From Hemiscyllium ocellatum (lineage: Eukaryota): a DNA stretch of 64,000 bases. This document shows positions 26,774 to 37,400 of the stretch, piece after piece. The stretch is from assembly GCF_020745735.1 (NCBI RefSeq), contig NC_083435.1, positions 38,837,090 to 38,901,089 on the forward strand, read 5' to 3'. Each line of letters begins with the position of its first letter. The first letter of the stretch is position 1. The translations under genes were made by a program, and so were the position numbers. The notes below the pieces were generated by a model. That model did no database searches, was not told the DNA's origin, and saw only the letters and a program-made list of their open reading frames with translations.

Positions 26774-28160
26774 TTTGCCTGTTACTTTCATTGACAACTG
26801 CACAAAGATACCCAGATCTCTTTGTATAGCCATACTTCCTGATATATCACCATTTCAATCATACACTGACTGTCTGTCTGGTTTTCACACCAAAGTGTAG
26901 AACCTTAAACGTATCCATGTTATATTGAACTCCTTCAACTTGTCTGGATTCTTCTAATGCCTCGTTGCATCCTCCTAACAATACACTATCCTATCCAATT
27001 TTATGTCGTCAGCAAACTTGGAAAAATTGCATTTGGTTCCCTAATCCAAGTAGTTTATTTGACCTGATTGAAACCGAAAGGATCCTGAGCGATCTTGGTA
27101 GATTGGATGTGGAGAGGATGTTTCACATGTCTCGCATGTTTCCTGATAAAGTGTCTGCGTTTGATGGATGCTGGGTATCGACACCTGCTGCCTTGGAAGG
27201 TAAGTGCATGCTCCTGACCGGGTCCTGGTGTTTGGTTCTTTTCCTGAGATTCTTACACACTTGATGCAACTGCAAAACATCAATATCTGTGAACAAGCAA
27301 AATTTTATTAAGCATAGTACAGTACAAGCTTTCTGGAGGAACCTTTAACACACCGCGCAAAGCTTGCAGAGTTGTGGCAAAAGATTTACGAACAAAGGAA
27401 ACACCCTTCCTTTATACAAAATCTTTCCATCACAGGCAGTAACACCCACAAGACAATCTCCAGCCATCCCTCCCCAGCCAGTCACATACCACTCAAGACA
27501 CAATTCAGTGACCATATCATCTCCAGAAACAATGTAATGCAAATCATCCCCTAACAGTCAAATATGTTTGCAAATCATTTTCTGTAACTATAGGTGAGTC
27601 ATCAAATTCCAACTGTAATGTCCTTATTTATTTCTGAATGGGGGATGAAAATATGAATAACTTTGAATGGCAAGGAAATGGCCATGTAAATGGCTCTGAA
27701 TAATAGGAAAATTTCTTATAATCTCTCTGTAAGTCAAATGTATCCCATCCTAGCTTCAGACATCAAATTTCCTGCAGGTCAGCACAGCAAGTTAACTCTT
27801 TAATATCAGACTGGGCCGGAGTCGGGTCAGGGCCTCTCCGGGAGGCCTTGAAGTCGATTTTGTCAAACCTCCACATTGTACAGTTTCTTTCAGGTTAGTT
27901 GTCATTCCTGGACTGGGTGGTCCTCCTCAGGCTCACTGGAGTCAGGTTACTGCTAGGTCAGGTATTGTTGCTAAAATGGTCAGGCTGTAGTTTTAGATAT
28001 CCCTGAGGTCAAGAGGTTCGCAGAATCTTTATACACAAGTAGATTTAAGAGAACATGCTTACTAATTTTTACACATTTAGCATTGACTAAAACAGAAGAA
28101 TGATTGTAAGATATCTCAGAATAAGATCTGCCGTAGAAAGCTCACAGCCAATCACCATTC

Positions 28161-28180
28161 GTCGCCGCCATCTTGGATCC
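28161..28180 (-). promoter_or_regulatory. YY1-type element (GGATCCAAGATGGCGGCGAC on - strand)
   Basis: Contains the YY1 consensus CAAGATGGCGGC. An additional CCAAT lies at 28148-28152, within a CpG-rich stretch of about 28140-28900. Confidence 0.7.
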
Positions 28181-28195
28181 TTTTGATTGATCGAA

Positions 28196-28295
28196 CCCTG
28201 CCCCACTCTGATTGGTCAGCCCCTTCTCCGTTCTGATTGGTCAGTCCTAGCCCCGTTCTGATTGGTCAGCCCCTGCCCCGTTCTGATTGGTCTCC
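28196..28295 (+). promoter_or_regulatory. Four tandem 25-bp promoter units, each a GC-box-like CCCTGCCCC plus Y box CTGATTGG
   Basis: CTGATTGG at 28208, 28233, 28258 and 28283 (exact 25-bp period). Unit consensus CCCTGCCCCGTTCTGATTGGTCAGC, ending 65 bp upstream of the ATG. Confidence 0.85.
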
Positions 28296-28359
28296 TACAC
28301 CCCATTTAACGGGCGCTCACTCGCTCGTTCCGGATTTCTGGTTGTTACTCTGTCCGGGA

Positions 28360-28474
28360 ATGGATCTGGTTATTGTGTCTGATCGCTGCTCCCTCTGGAG
28401 CCGGATCCCGATCCCGATCCCCCTCCTCATCGGGACATTTATCCTCCTCAGTGGAGGGAGAGACAGCGGAGCTG
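28360..28474 (+). CDS. MHC-IIB: MHC IIB exon 1: leader peptide [38 protein letters not shown]
   Basis: ATG at 28360, hydrophobic core LLIGTFILL, donor G|GTGAGT at 28475. The 99-nt intron joins in phase 1 to exon 2, giving ..SGA-GAHS... Confidence 0.85.
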
Positions 28475-31400
28475 GTGAGTGATCCCCGGAGACAGCGGGT
28501 TTGGTAATTCCCGGAGGGAGGGAAATCCAGCCTCCAGACCGTGTTGTTAAATACTGTTTGTGATCTTTCTCAGGGGCTCACTCCACTAATTTCATTGACG
28601 GATGTAGGTTTAATATCTCTGGGGCCTGGACCTATATTCAGCAGTACGTTTATGATAAAGAACTGATCGTGTACTATGACTTTGATCAGAAGATATACGT
28701 CGCTGCGAAGGACTGGGCGAAGGGGAATGTGGACCGATGGAATAAAGAGGAGGCGGCTGGAACATACCAGGAAGGGATCCGAGTGTGTGAGAATAATGTT
28801 CCGGTCATCAGCAAAGTGGTGTCCCGGAAAGGTAAGGGGCTTATTGGCGAAGAGATGTCAGTGATCCGGGACAGCATTTACCTCTTTCCCCCTGTAACGG
28901 GAGCTCTCAATCCCTCCCTATCCACAGTACTCACTTGCTTATTCCCATTTGTGAACGATGGGATTCACAAACAATGTAAATCACTTAAAAGGAATAGTGC
29001 TGTCCTTGAGGAAATGGTGGACCCGATGATTATTCACTTGATCTTACTCTTAGCAGAGGAAAATGGATTTTTTGTTCATCCGATGTTTCTGTTATTTCAT
29101 ACTTCAATGTCATTTGTAACTGAAAACCAACCAATTTCTACCTTGAACACACTTGACTGAGCTTTTATAATCTCTTTTGTCATAAGTTGGAAATGTCTTT
29201 TGCACCTGTACTAACATTCATTTGTAGTAAATGCTGACACTATGATTATCTTCTGAATTGCTTGCTATACGCCAGCTATCCTTGAGAGCAAGGACACGAA
29301 ACCCCTTTTGGATATCAATGTTGTTTTCGACCTCTGATCACTTTTTAAAAATGCTATGCACCTTTTTTCTCCCGTGAAATGTGAAATTATCCACTAGTCT
29401 ACGTTACATTTCATCTACCGTGCTTGCATTGAGGCCTCTTTGCATCCTCCTTGTTGCTTGTTCCCACCAGAATGTGTAGTCTAAAAAAGTTTTCTTTTTT
29501 GGCCTTTTAGACATGTTATGGTAAACATCTCTGAAGTGGGATTTGAGCTCAGGCCTTTCTCCTGAAGTAGAGATGCTACCATTGGCTCAAGAGCAGTGTT
29601 TGCAAACTGGGAAATATCGAATGATGTCTATGTCCAAATCAGTTGTGACTAGCTGGAGTCTAAGCACTGATCATTACAGTATCCCTCTAGTCTCAGCATG
29701 CTGATGTTGGAATGACTCACTTATTCCTACACTCTCTATATTTTCTGCCTGTTAACTAGTCTTCAATCTTTGCTAGTATATTATATCCTGGATTTGGATG
29801 AATGTGGCCATGGGCACTCGGATGAGCCCCAGCTACACCTGCTATGTTGAATAGTCTCTCTTTAGTACTTACACAGACACTGTGCCCCAACTCTTCCGCT
29901 GTTGTATTGATGACAGCATCAGTGCTGTATCCTGGACCCAAGCTGAACTGGAGCAGTTCAATGACTTTGCCAACAGCTTCCACCCTGCCCTCCAATTCAC
30001 TTGGTCTATTTCAGATTAATCCCTCCCTTTTTTTTCTTGCGTCTTCTCTGGTGACAGTCAACGGACAGATGTTTATTGTAAACCCACAGACTCCCATAAC
30101 TACCTCGACTACACCTCCTCCCAGACAGTATCCTGAAAGAATTCCATCCCATTTTCCCAATTCCTCAGTATTTGCTCAAACGAGGTGATATTATACTCCC
30201 AAGCATCCCAGATGTCTACATATTTTGAATAACATGCTTTTCCCCTCTGTCATCCAGACAGCCTCCCCTGCACCTCCATTCCCTGCTCTAAGTCCCCCTT
30301 GTCCTCACCTATCACCCCACCAGGTTCTGCATCCAATGTATCATCCTTAAACGTTTCTACCAACTCCAATTAGACCCCAACACCAAAAACCTGTTCCTCT
30401 CCCCACCTCTCTCCATTTCCACAAGAACTGTTCCTTTTGCAAATCCTTGGTTCATGCCACTTAACCAGCTGGCACACCACCCACTCTTCCCCCCCCCCCC
30501 CCCCCCCCACCTCGCCCCTCCTCCATCCAGATCCCCAAATATTGCTTCCAGGTGAGACCGGGTCACCTGCTTCTCCTCCAACCTAGTTTTGTGTATCCAG
30601 TGCTCCCAATGTGGTCTTCTATACATCAGTGAGACCAAATGTAAACTCAAGGTTCATTTTGCCAATAGGCTGACCTGACCTCCCAGTCACTGCCCATTTT
30701 AATTTTCCTTCCCACTTCCCCTCCGACATGACCATCCTCTGCCTCCTCTATTGCTACAGTGGATCAGACCATAATTTGGAGGAACAACACCTCATCTTCT
30801 GCCTGGGCAGCCTACAGCCTGGACGACTCAACATTGAGTTGTCTGATTTCAAATAACCTCTCTTCCCATCCCAATCTCTTCCATTCATCTGACTGACCCT
30901 TCCTTCCAGCTCCCAAACAGTGTCCACTATCCGTACCTCACCATTCTGCTCCTTCCCCTCTCCCCACCTCACCTCTTTATCTGCAGCTCCCCCCAACACC
31001 CACCTCTCTTCTGAAAGAAGGGTTACACATGAAACATTGACTTCTCCACTTCCGCTGTCTGGCTTGCTGTATTCTTCCAGCCTACTGCTTGTCTACCATG
31101 TCTCCCTCCTTTAACAGTGAGACTGCATTTAAAATCTTTTCTTTTGCAGTTACTACTACACAATTAACATGTTGAAAGATGATCACTGACCAACTTGACT
31201 TGGAAATATATCGCCATTCCTTTACTGTCTCTGTCACAATCCTGAATTCCCTTCCTAATGGCATTGTGAGTCAACCCACAGCAAGTGGACTGCAGTGGTC
31301 AAGAAGGCAACTCACCATGCAACTAGGGATGCACAATAAAGGCTGGCCAGCCAGTGATGCCCACATCCAATAAAATAAATAAATTTTTAAACTATTGTAT

Positions 31401-34400
31401 CCACTAGCTCTATAACCATCTTTCCTCACCTAGGATTAAGATCACTGGATCTTGGAGACTTCCAATGTAATTTTGTTGTTTTTGGATCTTAATTATTTCA
31501 GAAAATTTACAGGTATTTTGTGTAACATTTCTCTATTTTCTGTTAAATTTCCTGTATGGCTACAGTGAATCCACATTTTTCTTCTTTACCAACCTATTGA
31601 CATTTCTGTTGTATATTTTTGTTCTTGCTATTTTGCATTCACATTTTATTCTTTATCAATTTCTTCACCCTCCCTATGCTGAATTCTAACATTGTCCAAT
31701 CCTCAGATTTGCAGTTTACTTGGCATCATCATAAATTTTCCACTTTGTAATACTATCTTTAACTTCCCTTATTAGCAATGGCTCGTTTCCTGGGTAATTC
31801 GGCCAGACAAATGCTTTTCGCAAACCAAGCATTACACTTTAGCCGTATTTATCTACTATCAGATATTTTAATGTATTTTCCAATTTATCATATCTGACTT
31901 CCTCTATCTCCATAATTGTCCTTATTTAGATTTAAGGTCTTAATTTCAGATTCCACTAACATTTTTATAATTTTAGTGAAAGATTGTATAGCCACTATTC
32001 TCAAGTCTTTTACAAGATGATTACTAGGCATTTCTCATTGCATAATACTAAATCTAAAATAGTGAGTGCTTTGTACTTCATGTGTTAATTCAGATTTAAA
32101 TGCTGGATTAGAAGGTATGTCCCAATTTACTGGAGCTAAATAGGTGGCAGCATAAAATTCATTGAGTCAAGTGAATGATAAAACTGGCAAATGTACTGCA
32201 ATGCCTCCAAATGAAGATCTAAATAGGAAGTGTGTTCCAAATGGAGCAAAGCTAGATATAGGAGATCGTGGGGTTGGTAAGTGAGAGGGGACAGATCCAA
32301 AGACACATCACTGATTTTGGAACTTTTGATAGCTTAATGGAATGCTGGTCTCCTGCATTATCTTGGAGGAATAATCACTTCCTTCGTAATTGTCAAAATT
32401 TTGGAACACCCTTCAAAGTACACCAGCAACTGGAGATGCTGCCTTTAACAGACATCCACATCCAGTTGTGGGCGGAGGTAAGATTAAACTACTGAGCAAT
32501 CCTCGGCACCACACTTGAATGCTTATTCTCTTTGGAGGGAGAGTGCAGTACACAGAGCTTCGTTTTGAACTTGAGACTTAACAGTAATTAAATTTTTAAA
32601 ACATTTTTTTAAAATATGAGTGAAATAGTGATTTAATTGAAATAAGGTGTTACGGTAATAGTGTATTTTTGCTAGTTGGAGTTTAGGACTAGGGACTTTT
32701 TTTTTAAGAAAAACTAGTTTTTCAAGAGTAAAATTCTGGAAACATTTCTATGTAAGTGACAACTTGGAACTCATTTCCCAGAATATAAAACATAGAACAG
32801 CACAGTACAGGTCCTTGCTTCTTTGTTGTGCTGACCTTTTATACTACCGTAAGATCAAACTAACCTAAATACCCTTCAATTTACTATCCTCCATGTGCCT
32901 ATCCAAGAGTCACTTAATGTCCTAATGTATCTGACAATGCGTTCCCCACACTCACCACTGTAAAGCAATGATCTCTGACATCTCCATTAAACCTTCCTCC
33001 AATCACCTTAAAATTATGCCCTCTTGTGATAGCCATTTCTGCCCCGGGAAAATGTCCGGCTATTCACTCTCTGTGCCTCTCATTATCTTGTACATTTCTA
33101 TCAAGTCGCCTCTCATCCCTATCCGCTCCAATGAGAAAAGGCTTAACTCCCTCAACCTTAAGACATGTCCAAGTCCAGGAAGCATCCTGGTAAATCTCCT
33201 CTGCACCCTCTCTAAAGCTTCCACATCCATTCTGAGGCAATCAGAATTGAACACAATATTCCATGTGTAGTCTAACCAGGGCTGTCTAGATCTACAGCAT
33301 AACCTCATGGCTCTTAAACTTAGTGCCCCTGCTAATGAAAGCCAGCACCATATGCTTCCTTAACTACCCTATCAACTTTGGCAACTTTGAGGGATCTATG
33401 GACGTGGACCCCAAATTCCCTCTATTCCTCCACACTGTCAAGAATCCTGCCTTTAACCCTATATTCTGCATTCAAAGCTGACAATCCAAAATGAATCACT
33501 CTCACTTTTTCAGGCTGAACTCTATCTGTCACCTTATCAGCCCAGTTCTGCATCCTGTCAATGTCCTGATGCAACCTTCAATAGCCCTCCACACTATCCA
33601 CCACTCCTCCAACCTGCATGCCATTGACAAACGTATTAACCCACTCTCCACTTCTTCATCCAAGTCATTTTCTAAAAATCACAAGAGATCCCTGCAGAAC
33701 ACCATTGGTCACTAATTTCCAGGCTGAATACCTTCCGTCCACTACCATCCTGTCTTCTAGGGCCAGCCAATTCTGTATCCAGACAGATAGCTCTCCCTGT
33801 ATCCCATGCCTCATTACTTTCTAAGTGAGCCTACCATGGGAACCTTATTAATTGTTAATCACTGCACAATTTATTACTGATTTTGTTCCCAAAAGGTTTG
33901 AGATGGGGAAAAACAGACCAAAATTTTGGATTTGGATGAACCATATCCTATTGCCTCAGTTGGCTAAATGGCCTGCTATTGTTCATGTGCTCTTACTTCT
34001 CTGACGACTGTCTGAACCTGACCCTTTAAGGAACTATTTCCTTGATGTTCCCCACAATTCTTGGTGTAACATTGCTGCTAGAGATTTCTGGGCTTGTTTG
34101 TTGTAGTTGAAGTACATAATGGTCTTTTGAGGATTCTGTGACCCAAGGAGCTGATGCTTTTCAGCCATCTTGTGTGTTTTGCTCTTATATAGTGCAAGCA
34201 TCTAGCTCTTGATGGTTAAAAAGTTACAACAGATGTGTTGAACAGACTTCTTGATCACTGCTTCAGTGTTCACCTAGTCCTTCCTCCAGTTTACACTGGA
34301 ATACATAATTAAAAAAGAAAGGTATTGGAATGAAACTAAAACAGTAAGCCAAGATAAATTTAATGGGAACTATTGGACTAATTGCATCCAATAATTGGTG

Positions 34401-37400
34401 CTACAGTACTGATTTGACTTGTCATTAAAATTAATGTTATGTGGTAGCCTTGCTTTTTGTGGTTTTTGTAAAGCCAATTTAAATTGTTTAATAGCATCAT
34501 GATAAAAGACAACTTTTTGTCTTCTGCACTGAATTTCCTAATTAGAATGAAGACTGGGACTTGTAGTCAATCTGAGGGAATTCAGGAAACAACAATGATG
34601 ACTGGGAGGAAAATTGAGAAACAAACACAAGATGACAAAAACACTATTCGACTCTTCACCGCTTGCTTTCTAAAGTTGACTTTAATCTGTTCCAGTTGAA
34701 CCAACAGTCACTATCCGACCTAAAGCCTCTCAGCATTCTGCACAGTCAGCTTTGCTCTCGTGTCATGTCACTGGATTTTACCCTCCTGAGATTGATGTCA
34801 CGTGGCTGAAAAATGGAGCACCAATTCCTGATGGTGTCATCAACACTGTCCTGTTATCAGATGGTGACTGGACCTATCAGGTGGAGGATCTCCTCCAGTA
34901 CCAGCCAGTGTCTGGGGATAAATACACCTGTCGTGTGGAACACAGCAGCCTGAGGGGGCCCAGAAGTGTGGATTGGGGTAAGAAGTGAATCTCAACTAGT
35001 ACTGCTTGAATGAGTTTCAGGAATTTATACATGTTTGTTTTTGTCTCTAGTCAAAAATCTACTGTTCAATCACATCTTACGTTCTGATACATTCAAAGTA
35101 CAGCTAGCTCAGCTGGCTGGATTGCTGGTTTGCAGAGCAGTGTGATGCCAACAGTGTGGATTAATTCCAACCACTGATTTGGGGTTACTATGAAGGACAC
35201 ACCTTCTCAGCCTCTTTTCCTTGCCTGAGGTCTGGGGGCCCTCAGGTTAAATCACCACCAGTTGCTTCTGAGAGCAGCCCCTATGGCTCGGCAAGACTAT
35301 GGTGACACAACTTGAATTCTTGATCACTGACCTTCCATGTCATCCAGTTTTGCTCTTCCAGTTAATAACTTACCTCTGTACTTTAATGTCTAAACTTTTT
35401 AAGAGGACTATCTTCCCTCAGTGCTATAGCCAAATTAGTTCTGTACACTGAAACCCTGTAGGAAATAAGTGTATTGTAAAATGCATGATCACAGACTCAA
35501 AGTTTGGGAGAAGATTTGTAACTTGGGTGCTTGTTGTTGTGGTTCTGTTTGCCAAGCTGGGAATTTGTGTTGCAGGTGTTTCATCCCTTGTCTAGGTGAC
35601 ATCCTCCGTGCTTGGGATCCTCCTGTGAAGTGCTTCTGTGATGTTTCCTCCAGCATTTATAGTGATTTACAGACTGGGAAAATAGTCAAATTCCATTAAA
35701 GTCAGCACGGAAAGGCAAAGCCTGCTCACAAATTAGTGGAAATTTTGAGTGTAGAAATGAGGATGCTGTGTATTTGGATTATCAGAATGTTTGAGATCCC
35801 ATGTTAGTGGGTAAGGTTAAAGCACATGGGATAAAGGGTAATCTATTGGTATCAATTGTGAATTGATTACTAACAGAACAGGAAGAAAAATCACTCTTCC
35901 AAATGAGTGATTATTGAAATACCACAAGAATCAGTGCTTAGACCCAAACTATTCAGATGTATATAAATGATATGGTGAGGGACCTAAATGCAACAGTTTA
36001 ATGTAAGCATAGAGGATTAGTTGACTGACAGGAAGCGGTGGGGATAAATCAGTAACTGGTGGTGTGCCTCAGGGATCAGTGGGACCGCAGTTAGTCACAA
36101 TTTATGTATGACTTGGAGTTTGGTATCATGTGTCAAAGTTTGCAGATGACACGGAGTTCAAAGTGTGCAGAGGACAAACGTTGCAGAGGAGCATAATACT
36201 TTGATGGGCAAAGGTCTGGCAGATGGAATGCAATGTTAATGTGACATCTCTTTTGGTAGAAGTAACAGTAAAAAGAATTGACTTGAATGGTAAAAGAACT
36301 GTAATTATGCTGCTGTGCAGAGGGCCCTTGTGCATGAATCACAGAAGATTGGTCTGCAGGTACAACAGGAATTTTGCTCTTCGTTGCTGAAGGGATTGAG
36401 TTTAAAAGCAGGGAGGCTGTTGCTGCTATACAGGGTGATGGCGAGGCCACACCTGGAGTACTGTGTGCAGTTTTGGTCTCCTTCTTTTAGAAAGGATGTA
36501 CTGGACTGGAGGGGGGTGTAGAGGAAGTTCACAAGGTTGATTCTGGAATTGAGGGGGTTGGATTATGAGTAGACTGGGATTATATTCATTGGTATTCAAA
36601 AGAATGAGGGGGATCTTATAGAAACATAAAATTAGAATGGAACAGATGAGAGACATGGACAGTACTTTTCCAATGGTGGGTAAAACTAGGACAAGAGGGT
36701 GGAGCCTCAAAATTAAGGGGAGCAGACTTTGGACTGAATTGAGAAGGAACGTCTTCACCCAGAGGGTTGTGAATCCATGGAATTCCTTACCCACTGAAGT
36801 AGTTGACATACTTCAGTAAATGTTTTTAAAGTAAGATTTTTTAACAATGAATTAAGGTATACAGAGGGCAGTGAAGTGGAGCTGAGGCCACAGGATGATC
36901 TTGAATGGTGGAGCAGGCTTGAAGGGCCAGATGACTTACTCTTGCTTCATGTTAATGTTCAAGAGAAAGGTAAGTACTTAAAATCAAGGTATCAAATGGT
37001 ATGGGGAGAAGTGGGAATATACCACTTGTGATAGTGGATCATCAATGATGTTAAATGTTGGAGCAGGCTCAAACGGCTGAATGTTTGCTTCTGTGACCTG
37101 CTTGCCATCTGGAGCCTTGTGCAGATTGAGAATTCAATTCCCTCAGATTTTACTCCTCCCTTCAAATAAGCATGTCATTAAACTCCAAATTAAGTTATTC
37201 CTATTTGTCTCTTTACTCTATAGATATTTTGACCACTTCACTGCTCTTTTTTTTCATTGTATTAAGCCTGTTTAAATCTGGTTTTAGTCTCATAGGTATC
37301 TCCTCATGTGCCTTTGTTGCTACTTTCTCCCATATTCTGCAAACCTTAAGTGAGATCTCCTCTGTTCATGTTAAACTTATTTTCCTGATTACACTGATGC

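Noticed and set aside
28196-28295. CRISPR-like array
   Set aside because: Contiguous 25-bp tandem units without unique spacers, in eukaryotic DNA with no cas genes.
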